From positions 1 through 64,000 of the forward strand of contig BAAIJX010000018.1 of the NCBI GenBank assembly GCA_054600435.1: a DNA stretch of 64,000 nt. The letters are read 5' to 3'. Source of the stretch: Neophaeotheca triangularis. Its lineage: Eukaryota. Positions 10,373 to 23,131 of this stretch are shown piece by piece (position 1 is the first letter of the stretch; each line of letters opens with the position of its first letter). The position numbers were made by a program, and so were the translations under genes. Below the pieces are notes generated by a model. It worked only from the letters and a program-made list of their open reading frames with translations, was not told the origin of the DNA and did not search any database.

Positions 10373-12891
10373 ATGCAAATCTGCCAACGCTTCTTCATCA
10401 TCCTCGTTGTTTCCCTCGTGCAACATATCCAGGTCTCCGCTGCAGATGGCTGGGTCGCCGGATTCGATAATAACACAAGTACCACAGCTTCCGCCTCCAA
10501 CGACCATCTCTCGCATTACACCAAAGATCCCCCCTTCCCCAACAACACCATCCCGCTCGCGCAGACAGGAAGCGGCTTCGACTTTGCAACAAATTGTGAG
10601 GCTTTGATCCGGTCCCAATCTTCAGCCGTGCAGTATTACCAAAGTCGACATGGCTCCACCGTCGTGGACACGCTTTCAAACACCTTCACTGCCGCGAGCA
10701 CCCCTATCACTGTTGGAGAGCCTACCAAGCTCGTTACCTTGTGTGATGGTCATCCGAGAGTCGTGGGCTCGGTGGAGACTAGTGTCGGGGAGCCTGTAAC
10801 ATCGACCACGACTTGGTATAACACCAATACCAACTTTGAATGGGCAACCTCGTACACAAAACCGCCGCCATGCTCAATTCTTCCGGACGACTGCATTTCT
10901 CTATGGTCCACGTGGAGCATCAAAAGCAGCTCGGTGGCAAATACTGTATCGGTTTACGTTGTACCGGAAGAACCTCCATGCGCAAACCCTACAACCAGCT
11001 TGACCTTTACCTACAGCACTAATTCCGCTGGCCGCAACTGCGATAATTGCATGATTGTAGCGTCGACTGCGCGACTGTTGTATTGGCCCGTAACCACCGC
11101 CCAAGGCTCCTACGACCTTTGCGAAAACCGCGCGCCGACCGTACCAGCAACCCGTACACAAACAGGCCCAAATACATTCGTAACCCATGGCTTAACCATC
11201 ACCTCCCCGACCGTGGCAATCTCGTTCGGCATGCTCTCTCGCGCCGACGGATGTGGGCCTACCATGACCTCGACCGTCGTCCCAGTAAACCCAGACGAAG
11301 TGAGCTCTGTCCGGGGCTATCGTGTCTTCTTCACACACATGCCTTTCAACTATGCCGATCTCAACATGGAGTGCATCGGGAACAGCACTGACCCTGACAA
11401 CTGCTTTACCGCAGTGCCTGCCGCAGCCTACTTTGGTGGCCTCAACAGAAACGCCGGCCTGGAGGGAGACTTTGAAGGACTTACAGTCTACAACGATTAT
11501 AAGCCCCAGATGCTTATGCCCAAGACAATGGAGGAGGGTATATTCGATACCTGGGGCGACCATTGTGTCGTACATCCCGATGGGGTGAGTAGTTAAGATT
11601 GACACAGACAAACATTCATACTGACCACTTCTAGGTCTGGGATCCACCACAAGCTTTGCAGCCTGTCCAAACCATCATTATGCCGACTTTCCCTGGCGGC
11701 GCAAGTGCGAAGCCAACGCCTCACTCGACAATGCAAGCTGAAGAAACACCAGCTGGCGCCAATGCTTCTCCCGGTGGAGCATTCCAAAACCCGCAGGGCA
11801 TGCCAACAGGGGAACCAGTCGACAAATACCCCGAACCGTCCTCTGACGACACGCACGAACAACCTAAACCCACCTCGATGTCCCCCGTCCCACCCCGCAT
11901 CAATGAATCGGGAGACCTTGAATATAAGTTTGGCCACAAGACCCTAAGCCAGGTCAAATCCACAGACGACAAAATCGTCCTGGCCGACGATCAAGGTTCT
12001 TTCACTCTTGGTCACGGTAGCATAGCCACATGGGACAATCATGTCATAAGCGCAGGCTCGAACAACATGTTGATGATAGCCACCGTCAATCCTCATGCTG
12101 AGACCCCCACTGCTGCTGCGCTCTCAGACACTGTTGATCACGACAGTGCACAGTCGGATCCTACCCTTGGCAAGGACGTACCTTGGGAGCCGCAGCCATT
12201 CTTGACTTTAGGAACCGAGACTTACGCTTTACATACTAAATCTAATGGTGCTTACGAATACACAGGGCACCACTCTACCTTGACAATCTCAAGCAAAGAG
12301 GGCTTCCACTCAGGACAACCGACAACGGTGCCCGAGTATGACGCGGGTCTTACTCAGAACCCAGGGGGAGAGGCATTGCCGACAGGCGAAGCAAATTCGG
12401 CGGCAAATGGGCCACAAGAATTTGTCACTGCAAATTCCGAACCAACAGCACCGAGCATACGGCCGGGCCATGAATCTGCCAACCCGGTTTTAAATGGTGT
12501 CACTGGAACTGGCGAATCGTACGATCTACTCTACTCTGCCCATCCGAGGACTGAGACTGCAACTGAAAGACCGGACCTTGATCTATCCAGCACAAAGCCT
12601 TCAGAGGAGGAAAGCAGCACGAACACACCTACCGGTGGCGGTGGGTCTGAAGATGGCAACGAGAACTATGGCAACGAGAATGATGGCAACGAGAACAATG
12701 GCAACGAGAACGATGGCAACGAGAATGACGGCAACGAGAACGACGGCAACGAGAACGACGGCAACGAGAACGACGGCAACGAGAATGATGGCTCGCAGTC
12801 TGAGAGCTCGGCCGCTGGTCGTGTGGAAACCTTCCAGCAAACATGCATTTCCCTCGCCATTTCAGTATTCCTTGGAAAGATGTTGCTCTAG
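10373..12891 (+). CDS. Secreted, probably GPI-anchored cell-surface protein (Cys-containing N-domain, S/T/P stalk, GNEND repeats), 2 exons
   Basis: Hydrophobic signal peptide. Intron 11585-11634 (GTGAGT..CTGAC..TAG) joins HPDG to VWDPPQAL. C-terminal small residues (SSAAG) plus hydrophobic tail CISLAISVFLGKMLL. Confidence 0.8.
12655..12789 (+). repeat. Coding minisatellite, 9 x 15 nt (consensus GGCAACGAGAAYGAY) encoding GNEN[D/N/Y]
   Basis: Directly visible tandem units. Confidence 0.97.
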
Positions 12892-14018
12892 GGCAGGAAA
12901 GATGACAACGACTCGCAGGCTGTTTACCTAGATGAGCAGCTGGTTGTGCAAGTCACTACATTCCTGGCAGGTTCAGTTGAAATTCCGACAATACTCTCAT
13001 GCAAAGGCCGAGTCTTCATATTTTGAGCCTTGCCAAGTAGCCTCAGATAGGCGACACGGAGCTTGTTAGTGCTGGAAAGGCCGAGCTCCTTATCGATTCG
13101 CTTGTCAAGTCGACATCGCGCTGAGACGAGTTCTACGCTTCACGATGATCGAGCACTTTCGCCCTCCAATAAGCTTGACGTGGCTGTGTTGGAAGTCGAT
13201 CTAGGCGTGGGGGTTAGAAGGAGTTCGCCGAGGACTATTGCTCTTCGTGCGCTCGTGGGGCAAAAGTGGCAGTTATCGCCACCACGAGGGGTGTCGGTCA
13301 AAGGCTCGAGCCTAGGTCTCGGCGGGACAATGATACTTTGTTCGAAAAGCAGGTGTTGCGCCTACTCCGCCGAGTGGATTGCTGTCCTGACCAGAAATTT
13401 CCTTGAGAGCCAATCATGGCCTGAAATACCTCCACCTATTGCTTGGATGAGACATTGAAGTCATCTGGGCATCATACTTTGCATCCCACTGATCCCACGC
13501 TCCGACCATGCAAAGTCTCGGTGGAGCAAAGGGAGCCCGTTGGCGATTCCTCAGCGACCGTTGCTATCTACAACCTGCACCCCATCCAGCCAACGATGAT
13601 TGATAAGGACGTGTCTCATCACCCCAAGGCATTTTAACGCAACGCAGGGAAGATAGCTTATCCGCGTTCTTGCCATGTCCGCGCAAAAGCTTGTCGCGAT
13701 CCCTATCTTTCATGCCGTTCGACAAGCGATGATCGTTGACCTTTGACTATTCTTTGCAAGCAGGGAAAACATGCCATGGAATCACGCAGACAAGGCGATT
13801 GCGTTCGTGGCAAAAGATCCGAACCCGCTTGGTAACACGCAGGTTCACGAAGACGGTCATGGTTGTTTGGTATGTGGGAACGAATTGGGTATAGAACGTA
13901 CGGAACGCAAGTACTCTCAGCATCGGCCATTTCCCAGTATCCACGATCACGATGGGCCCTTCAGCCCCTGACACGACAATCCGACCCTAGTAAGCAGCCA
14001 TGGCCGAGTATGACACCT

Positions 14019-15251
14019 CTACACCAGAGAAGCCGAACTCGCAACACTCTGTTGCCGTGATTGACAGTCCCGCGAAGCATCCCCATTGACATTGCCGATG
14101 CGCCGATCCTTGCCCCGGCCCTTGATGCCCTTGTTGGCATTCTTGTAGAGCGCGGCAAAATACTCCCACATGTCCTTTTCCCACACGTCGACGACGTCGC
14201 CCTCGCGGATAGTCTCGAAGCGCGCCTTCAAGCTCCGAATCGTCTCGACGTGGAACTTGTTCTGGTGCGATTTGAGATTTCCCAGCTGCGTGAACTTCTT
14301 GTGGCAGCCGTCGAGCTTGCACTCGTAGGGCTTCTTGTCCGTGTGCACCGTCTGGTGGGCGCGGACGTTGCCGTGCTGGGCGAAGCGTTTGCCGCAGAGC
14401 TCGCACTCGTATGGCCGCTCTCCCGTGTGTCGGCGCTGGTGGGTTCGGAGGTTGCCGAGTTGGCTGAATCGCTGTCCGCAGCCGGCTTCTTTGCAGAAGA
14501 AGGGCTTGACGCCGGTGTGTGCTCGAGTGTGGATGTCGAGATGCGTCTTTTGGTGGAAGGCTTTGCCGCAGTCGGGAAGTCGGCAGACGTGTCGCTTTTT
14601 GGCGGGGGTCGGTGTGGTGGCGGGCGCTGCGTTTTGCCTGGACTTTTGCCGCACTTCGGCTGGTTTTGATTGCACTTGTATGGCCTTCATGAGGGTGTCC
14701 ACGCTTGTGGGGCAAACTCCGGATGTTCCTTCATCAGGCAATGCAGAGCGGCTACTCCCTTCGGAGGGGGAGCGGACGTCGTGAAAGGCACTACCTAAAT
14801 TGCCAGGCGATGGTGCCTCTGATTTTATGTACGCCGAGTCGTCGCAGGCGTTGCTGTCGTTACTCTCAAAAGTCTCAGTTGATGGATACTGGGTCGGCCA
14901 CACGAGGGAGCCGAAGGTGGAGCACCCGGAGTAGGTAGGATCTGCAGGAAAGGGGAATAGTGGGCAGTATGTATTCTCTTGCATCAAATTCGTCCAACTC
15001 GATGTAGTGGGACTGTTCAGCAAAGCGTTCGGATCGATTCCCCCTGGGCTACTGAATCTCTGCTGTGTCGGGGGGAATGCAATCTGATTCGCGTCTGCAA
15101 AATGTAGGTCGTTCGCGGGTGACTCGTTCGGACGGAAAGGCTTGTCGAACATAGAGGTCCATCCACCCAATTGGCTGTTATCCCAATCTGACCGGGTAAC
15201 GCGACGTTGCAGAAGGCTCTCTGTATGGCTTGCTGGAAGGAGCGTCGACAT
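14019..15251 (-). CDS. AZF1: C2H2 zinc-finger transcription factor, AZF1-like
   Basis: Four C2H2 fingers ([39 protein letters not shown]) and the AZF1-type [19 protein letters not shown]. Start uncertain (15251 chosen). Confidence 0.85.
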   Translation of the reverse strand: MSTLLPASHTESLLQRRVTRSDWDNSQLGGWTSMFDKPFRPNESPANDLHFADANQIAFPPTQQRFSSPGGIDPNALLNSPTTSSWTNLMQENTYCPLFPFPADPTYSGCSTFGSLVWPTQYPSTETFESNDSNACDDSAYIKSEAPSPGNLGSAFHDVRSPSEGSSRSALPDEGTSGVCPTSVDTLMKAIQVQSKPAEVRQKSRQNAAPATTPTPAKKRHVCRLPDCGKAFHQKTHLDIHTRAHTGVKPFFCKEAGCGQRFSQLGNLRTHQRRHTGERPYECELCGKRFAQHGNVRAHQTVHTDKKPYECKLDGCHKKFTQLGNLKSHQNKFHVETIRSLKARFETIREGDVVDVWEKDMWEYFAALYKNANKGIKGRGKDRRIGNVNGDASRDCQSRQQSVASSASLV

Positions 15252-17082
15252 GATGATACCGGGCGGATTCGGGGAGTTGGCTTCAAGCAAAGGGTATCGA
15301 AGCGCAGACAGCGCAAGTAGATGTTGCAAGGTTTCAAGGTTGCTTAGCGTAAAGAGGTACCTTGTGGATGTTCGTCCGTCTTGGGAGTATGTACAAACGC
15401 AAAGGAGAATCAAGAAAGGAAGACCAGGCCAATACAATATAGTGTCGGGATCTAGAGTCGTTACATACCTTGATACCTTTCTCTCACGTTGAGAGGGAAG
15501 AAGCAGTGACAGGCCCGCGCAGAGCGTCCCGGCATGACGAATGCCAGTGGGGATTCATTCCCACCTGCACATCCCACATGTGTGCTAAATAACAAGGCTG
15601 ACAGAGATGGATGGGTGGTGGTGAAGAGGGTGACAGACAGACTACGGTGGTAGCAACGGCCAAGCATGAAGCAAAGAGCGTGGGAGGCGGCGGGTTTGCG
15701 ACCACACAGAGACCGGGTTGGGCGATGACTTTTACCTCTTCGCGGCGGCAAAACTGAGCCAATGCAAGCCATCCGCTTACTCGAGTAATGCCGTGTCCGG
15801 GACAGGGTCTCTGCGTTGGGCTCCGCTGAATATCAAACACGTGCAGTGCAGTGCAGTGCAGTGGGTATTGTATTGAATGATGGAGAAGAAAAGCATCAGA
15901 GACCGGTCAGTTGCCGAGGGGGGCTAAGTTGATTCAATCAAGGACGTACTGTATTTACTACCTCTCCTCTCCTCTCCTCCCCTATGGCTGATCTGATAAT
16001 ATATGTACGGTCGATCGACAACCGAAAACCCGCGTGCCAGGAGCCAGGCATTCGTTGCCTTGAAGCCTGATGAATACTATAAGATATTTAATATTTATCT
16101 GTGGGCATACTACTGTAGTACGCTTTATGGGCGAAGAGGCTGGCTGTACTTGTAGCCTGTGCCCTGTACAGACTTTCGATGCCGGCAGTCTGGGGTGGGG
16201 GTTCCAGCAGTCTGGCACGTAAGAGGTAAGCAGCGATCCTTGCCAAGAGACGACATCTGTGTCATGAAGATCAGGTGGCATACTGGCATACAGGGCATCC
16301 ATGGACAGTACCTACTACTAACTTACTGTAGCAAGTAGTACTACTGCTTAGAAGCTGCAAGATAAAGTACAAGTAGTACGTGATCCAATTAGTACACTCA
16401 ACCCGCCGCCAATCATAAGATATCAGCTCTAGCTCCACCTTGGTTGGCTTCATCCCGCTCTGACGTCCGCTACACCACCATGCACCACGACGTCGACCAT
16501 CCAAACATTCAGCACTTCTCGGGACCTGCACCATGTCACGCATCCGACTTCTCAGGAAAAATACGACGAGCGATAGCGGGCCATCACCTGCACGACTAGC
16601 CATGTCAACTTGTTGCTTGACACGCCATCTCAAAGCATTTGTTCCTGCCACGACAGCACCCCAGCATCAATCACATCGACGTCCAAGGTAGCCAGCATAC
16701 TGTACCCTCTCTCCTCCGAAAATATAAAGGTATACCCGACAGGTCTCTGAGCACGTGACAGTGGACTCGCTTGCGCCGATGCGGCTACTAGCTGCGTGCG
16801 GAAGAGAACTGCACCATCCGTCCACGTACGACAACGTTTCAACGCTGCGCGGTGCTGTATCTGACTACTGTGAAGTGCGGTGATGGTAGACTCGAGCTCT
16901 CAGGTACTTGCTCTTCTTCGAACCGACTGACGAGTCCTGCTGAGCGAACCGTGTGGGCGCCAAAGACCGGCGGTCGACCGTTTGGCTTCGAAGACTCGAA
17001 TTATTCGTATTCTATAAGGGTTGGTAGGCCTCGTCGAGCGAGTTGAGTAGGGGCATAGAGCATTGCTGCAGGCGCATTTGGA

Positions 17083-17865
17083 TCAAAGGGCAGGTCTGTG
17101 AGGATCCACTGGTACGTAGCGCCATCTGTCCTCGTCCAGCCTGATCATTGTCATCTCTCGCAACCGGTCCCTCATATCAGCCTGCATTTCATCGTCTTCT
17201 AAGCCCGTATTCGTTAGTCTTCATGGGAATCCAAAAACTTTCCCGTGGAAACAGCATACCATCCCGTCGTCTGCTTTCCCTCGCTCGGCCACCGGATGGG
17301 AGTTTCGCAGTATGGTGTTGGCGCGCAGCTTCGACAAAGGTGTTGTCCATTTCTGCCAGCAGCAAGTTAGCTGGCCGGCCCAAAGATATATATGTCGACA
17401 GCGAGTGGACCTGCCAGCTTGTCTCCTCTCTTCGAGAAGCTCATCTGAGCCCATCAATTGCTGCAGCGGCGCTTCAATCACATGAGAAACGGACGTCAGA
17501 TAATTGCCATCTTGCCCGCGGTTGACAATGTCTACTTCATCAACCCTGCTCGACATTTCTCGCTCTCGCTTGCCCTCCCGCGATTCGCCTCTGCGCCGCT
17601 GTCGCAACCGGTGGCGCTGCGCAGCTAGTTCACGCTCCGAATCCGTGTCTGCAAACACTTCATCACCAACGTTGGGTGTAGCGCGTCCGGTCGGTCTTCT
17701 GGTCAAGGTAGGAGCGAACAACTCTCGCGGTTGCCTTGCTCGGGACGAAGCAGCACTTGCGTTGGAGCGAAGACCATGTTGTGTGCGGCTGGACGGATCG
17801 TTGGAAGTGTTGGAGCGAAGAGGCGCATCTAGAAAAGGATCCTGCATGGACCTAGAGGATGCCAT
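17083..17865 (-). CDS. Hypothetical protein, 3 exons, first intron GC-AG
   Basis: Exons 17865-17415, 17352-17260 and 17198-17083 give one continuous frame ending ...MIRLDEDRWRYVPVDPHRPAL*. Both introns have GCTAAC/ACTAAC branch points. Confidence 0.65.
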
Positions 17866-19149
17866 GGTTGTGTTGTGCCTTGCAAGAGTATTGAGAGGCG
17901 CCTGCCTGAGCACTTGCAAGAAGCGCGGAGTGGCTTCCCTTGATACTGCTGTGCTCACCCAGCGGCTTGTGGAGGGGTGTTTGTCGGGGAGAAGTAGGAC
18001 GGTCAGCTTGGATACGGTGTTAGTTGCTTTCTTATTATGGTTGCACAGTGTCGCCTGGAGAAGTAGATCCGGGGTTATATCGGAAACCCGGCTTGGCGGT
18101 AAATCACGACCACTTCGAGTCGCAATCAAACCGCCGTGCCTGTCTAGTCAACAAAGCAGCTTTGATCTAATCAGCTTCGCAAACGCTTCGGGACTGCGCG
18201 AATGCACAACGCGGCGTAGTCATGGGCTCTACTCTATGTTGAGCCGACAGAACAATATCGAACAATAGCTCAGCAGCATCTCAGTGGCGACAGGCGGTTA
18301 ATAGTATAGCTATGAGGTCTTGCTGGCTGAGATGTCAGTGAACTCTATCGATTGAAACTTGGACTGAAACCTGTCAAAACCACGCAGAAGGGGAGTTGTG
18401 TACCGTGGTACGCTCGCTGATTTCCAAGTGTTGTTTCTGGCATTACACTTGGAGATGCTGCTTAGACGCGCTACTTACTAGAACAAGGATTTGCAGTAGG
18501 TGGGAAGCTACCTAGGACTTCCACACTGGCAAACCGTGCTATTTGGCTGTGGTACTGACGCTTTTTAGTTTCGACACGACAGACCTACGCTCTGCTCGGC
18601 CTACCTGCCTGAGTCAGTCAGTATGCGGGGAAGCCCCGTCTGCGGCTGACTCGCTTGAGCTGGCAGTCGAGTTAAATGGCGTCACGTGTACAGGTCCAGC
18701 GCGGAAGGGTATAGCAGCTAGAAAAGCAGTGCAGACAAGGAGGCATCGATTGTCCTAAGACGGTGATTGATAGGTCTGCGCGGTATGTCTGAGTCCAGGT
18801 GCAAAGAACAAGACTCGAGTCCTGAGTCCCAAACTGGCTGGCCTGTCTTTCTGTGTCCCGGACGTTGCCGCACGGCAGGCGGAGTTTTGGCAGATTAAGC
18901 TTCGACATGTGGACGTGCGAAAGTTGCAGTGGCTTGCAGTAGTGGCGATAGAGCGGGCCGCCCACAGGTGGGTCCCAATTTACACACACAACAAGAGTAG
19001 TAGTAGTACTAGAGTAGAGTACTAGTCCTAAGTGACAAGGCAGGGCTACTTACTCCAGCCAACCTCGCCAATGGTGGTAGCTCGGTAGGGTCGGAGCGAG
19101 CCAGACTGACGGTGCTGCCGCCGAGAAGACACGAACTGTCGCTTCTCCC

Positions 19150-19240
19150 TCTCCCGTCTCTCTGCCTCTGCCTCTGCCTCTGCCTCTCTCTCTCTCTCTC
19201 TGCCTTTGCGCCGCGCCAGCAGCCTCTGCTCTCTCTCCCA
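19150..19240 (+). repeat. (CTCTGC)n/(CT)n microsatellite upstream of TUP1
   Basis: tctgcctctgcctctgcctctgcctctctctctctctctc. Confidence 0.8.
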
Positions 19241-19528
19241 TTCCCACTCCAACACCTCAACCCGACAATACCCCCATTTTCTCGACGCGCGCACCTCCCC
19301 GATACCAGTACGTATTCCCGCCTCAGCGCGCCGCCTACAACGTGCCCGCTGGATTACTACCACCACCACCGCCCGCGTCACCTCGTACAACACCTCAAGG
19401 CTCCCAGCTGGCTAACACGAACCACCAGTCACCCCACGACAAACGACTGAAGTCGCCAAACCTCCGTCGAGGCAGCCTCATCCGCCTCCCAGCACCCCAT
19501 CGCGATCAAGAGGTGGAAAATCCGAGCC

Positions 19529-21785
19529 ATGTACAACGCGCATCGCGGTATGCAACCTCCGGCGCCTCAGCCTGGCAACCGCCTGGCCGAGTTGCTCGAC
19601 CAGGTGCGCGCTGAATTTGAGGCCGCCGCGGGTAGATCGAGCGAACATGAGCATCAACGTGAGTCTTCATATTTCTTTGCGCGGCACAGGAAGCTTGGAG
19701 TACATCGGACGACCGCTCGCATGCGATACGGCAAACGCATGCGCAATCAGCCTCGTTTGCCGTCATCTCCTTATGCGAGTTTGCTGTCTGGCTTGACCTG
19801 CTTCCCTGACCTAGCCCTTTTACCACTATGCGTGCGAGTTGATCTCGTCCATGAACATGTCGCTTGCTTCGGTTGGCTTAGGCGCGCCGCATCCCGATGA
19901 TCTGGTATTCCTGCGAGCACAAGTTGACCATTTCAATAACATAGTGCACACTCAAGTGCAAGAGCTCAACATCATCAACACCAGGATCTACCAGCTCGAC
20001 CAAACTCATCGCAACATGCAAGTAAAGTGAGTTCAAATATTTGCACCCGAATCGCATCTTGCTCGCTGACTCGAAATAGGTACGAGGATGAGATAGCCCG
20101 CCTACGTCAAGAGCTCGAACAACGTGGTGGGCCGATAGGCGGCGGCCATGTTGGCGGACCAGCTCAGCAGCCTCCTCCTGCCATCGGTCATGGTCCAGCC
20201 AACCTCTTTCAAGGCATCATGGCTGGTGGGGCTGCACAAGGCGGTCCAGGTCTTGCCCCACCACCCCAGGAGCAGCAGGGGCAGCCAGGTATGCCCGGAC
20301 ATATGGGTACTCAAGGCCCTCCGGGGTTGAACCCGCCTCCGGGACCTCCGCACAATCCCTTCGCATACGGCCAGCCCGGAGGCCCCGGCGTCAACGGCTA
20401 CGGGCCTCAGCCTCCTCAGGCAACAGCTTCTCCTGGACCGAACAAGCAGCGTCTGGGGCCTGAGAGACTTAATGGCCCAGCCACGCCGCGAGGGGCCAAC
20501 CCCTACCCGGGCTCGCCCCACGTAGCACGACCCACGCCGCCGCCTACATCTGCCAACCAGCAGATTGCTCCTGACTTCCAATACACACCCAATGAGTTGG
20601 CGGCTATCGGCAACAAGCTTGCTGAATACGAGCATGCCAAACTTCCTTCCTCGTTCAAGAAGGTACCCGAGCCCGAACAGGAGTGGCATGCAGTCTTCAA
20701 CCCACAAGTCCGCCGTGTGCTTGATGTTGACCTGGTTCACACCCTGGTGCACGACAGTGTCGTCTGCTGCGTCCGCTTCAGTCAAAACGGCCGCTTCATC
20801 GCTACGGGATGCAATCGCTCGGCCCGCATCTACGAAGTCGAGACCGGCAAGCAAGTCTGCCATCTCCAGGACCCCAACACCAACCAGGACGGCGACCTTT
20901 ATATCAGGAGTGTCTGCTTCAGTCCTGACGGCCGCTACCTTGCCACCGGTGCAGAGGACAAACAGATTAGGGTAAGTTCACTGTAGTAGGCTGTTCAAGT
21001 GAGCATGCGCTAATTAATTGCAGGTCTGGGACATTGAGCGTGAAGAAATCCGCCACCAATTTTCGGGTCACGATCAAGACATCTACTCTCTCGACTTCGC
21101 CAGTGATGGCCGCCACATTGCTTCAGGGTCGGGTGATAGGACCATCCGTCTCTGGGATATACAAGAAAACCAATGCATTCTCACATTGTCAATCGAAGAT
21201 GGTGTCACCACAGTGGCCATATCTCCCGACAACCGCTTCGTGGCAGCAGGCTCTCTGGACAAGAGCGTGCGCATTTGGGACACACAGACGGGCAACCTCG
21301 TCGAACGCACCGAAGGCGAGCTCGGACACAAGGACAGCGTATACTCGGTAGCTTTCGCGCCCAACGGGAAAGCACTCGTGTCGGGCTCTCTTGACAAGAC
21401 CATTCGGATGTGGGAGTTGAACAATGTCGGTGGATACAGCAGGGCGGGCAGCTACCCTAAGACAGGCAACTGCGTTAGGACATTCGAGGGACACAAGGAC
21501 TTTGTTTTGTCGGTCGCGCTCACGCCTGATGGCCAATGGGTCATGTCCGGCAGCAAGGACAGGGGCGTGCAATTTTGGGATCCTCAGACGGGCCAAGCAC
21601 AGCTCATGCTACAAGGCCACAAAAACTCAGGTGAGCGATCGTGTGGACCATCGATTATCTGATTTCATTGCTAACAGCCTCTAGTCATCAGCGTGGCGCC
21701 CTCGCCTCAAGGTACTTACTTCGCCACCGGCTCCGGAGATCAACGAGCCAGAATTTGGCGTTACGACCCCTACCGTGGCCCGTAG
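19529..21785 (+). CDS. TUP1: General transcriptional corepressor Tup1/RcoA (Tup_N coiled coil + WD40), 5 exons
   Basis: RLAELLDQVRAEF, YEDEIARLRQELE, HDSVVCCVRFS, DLYIRSVCFSPDG, GHDQDIYSLDF, GSKDRGVQFWD. Final exon VISVAPSP..FATGSGDQRARIW, stop at 21783-21785. Confidence 0.97.
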
Positions 21786-22291
21786 ACTCGCCCCTGAAGT
21801 GCAGTTGACGAGATCGCAGAGACGAAGTGAAAGTATTCGGTACATTTGTATCTGCTTAGGACTGGATTGTTTCTTAGGTGGAGCAGTGAAAGTTCAGGCG
21901 TTGAGGGGGAAAGGCCACGGAGTTGCAGAAATTGATGCCAATGGGCGAGGGAAGCTTCACTTCCGTCAGCACGAATGCCATCACGATGTTAGGCTAGTAT
22001 GTGTCTCCACGTTGCTAGAATCCAGTTTTGAGTAGGCATTGTGCACGCCTTAAATCTTATGGTGGGGGTTCGAAGTAGGGGTCTGAGCAGGGTTGCTGTC
22101 GGAATTCGGAACCGAGCTTGTGAACGAGCCAAACCAAAGCACTGCACTTCCATGCATCTTTCAATCTCAGCGCCACTGTAGCATTCCCTCTACCCATGGC
22201 CAACTGAATATGAATTACGAATCGTCCTCCGTACCCTTGCGCGGATGCCCATCTAATTCATGATTGCGCGACCTCTATTGTAAGCTCCACA

Positions 22292-23131
22292 ATGGACACG
22301 CTAAACACTCTAGCCGGCGTTCAGGAGACATCCAACGACGCCGTCACCCAACCACCTCAGCCCATTTCCTCCAGTGCGCAAGAAGTCGACCTGGAAGCGC
22401 AGGATCAAAGCCTTTCGCAACGGCCTTCTCGCGCATCACTCCCCATCAACCGGCAGCCGTCGAACAAGTCCCTGCGCTCATACCGAAGCGACCACCATCT
22501 CCCTACCGACTACCCTGCGTCGCCCGCACTCCCCGCCGAACACCAGCAACCAGCACAATCCCACAACGGAGACGACGCGAGCGTACACACATCAGCCTCT
22601 GAAGGATTCGCCTGGGGCCCCTCGCACCCCTGCTTCCCACACCCCAACCCACACTGTCTGCCCACCTCGGACGAATACCAACGCACCCGCGTCATCAGAG
22701 TGCGGCGCGACTGGCTCCAGGCGGGCGATCTCTATCCACAATACGCGAACCTCTACCCCGAGATCCTCGACCCGTACGTTTCCGACGCCGAGTTCAGGTC
22801 GCTGGTCTCGACGCTCAACACCCTACTCAAGGATGCTTTTGATCCTTTCACCGGCCGCGCTTGGTTGGATAGTGTTCTGGGGGTCGCGACGGGGTTTTTG
22901 TGGGATGACGTCGGTTTGACGGGAGTCAAGGTGGGGAATAAGAAGGTGGAACGGTATCTGGAGACTTGGAATGCTGGGAAGGAGCGAGAGGGGGTGGATA
23001 TTAGGGTTGCGCAGTTGAGGAGGACGGGGTTCATGGCGCTGGATTTTGTCATTCCTGATCCGGGTATCGACGAGGAGCAAGGGGAGGAGGATGAGGATGG
23101 GGATGTGGGTGGTATTGGCCCGGCTGAGTGA
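22292..23131 (+). CDS. ERF4: Ras palmitoyltransferase accessory subunit (ERF4/Golgin A7 family)
   Basis: WGPSHPCFPHPNPH, TRVIRVRRDW, NLYPEILDP, RRTGFMALDF. Start uncertain. Confidence 0.8.
   Translation: MDTLNTLAGVQETSNDAVTQPPQPISSSAQEVDLEAQDQSLSQRPSRASLPINRQPSNKSLRSYRSDHHLPTDYPASPALPAEHQQPAQSHNGDDASVHTSASEGFAWGPSHPCFPHPNPHCLPTSDEYQRTRVIRVRRDWLQAGDLYPQYANLYPEILDPYVSDAEFRSLVSTLNTLLKDAFDPFTGRAWLDSVLGVATGFLWDDVGLTGVKVGNKKVERYLETWNAGKEREGVDIRVAQLRRTGFMALDFVIPDPGIDEEQGEEDEDGDVGGIGPAE

Noticed and set aside
12655..12789. Regular repeats considered as a CRISPR-like array
   Set aside because: No spacers; in-frame coding minisatellite in a eukaryotic gene.
12950..14000. Several 65-130 aa ORFs between the GPI gene and AZF1
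   Set aside because: No motif or coherent exon structure found.
14061..14669. Long antisense ORFs opposite AZF1 (similar ones opposite HSF1, TUP1, STH1, the WHIM gene and RHEB)
   Set aside because: Shadow ORFs caused by GC-rich codon bias of the sense genes.
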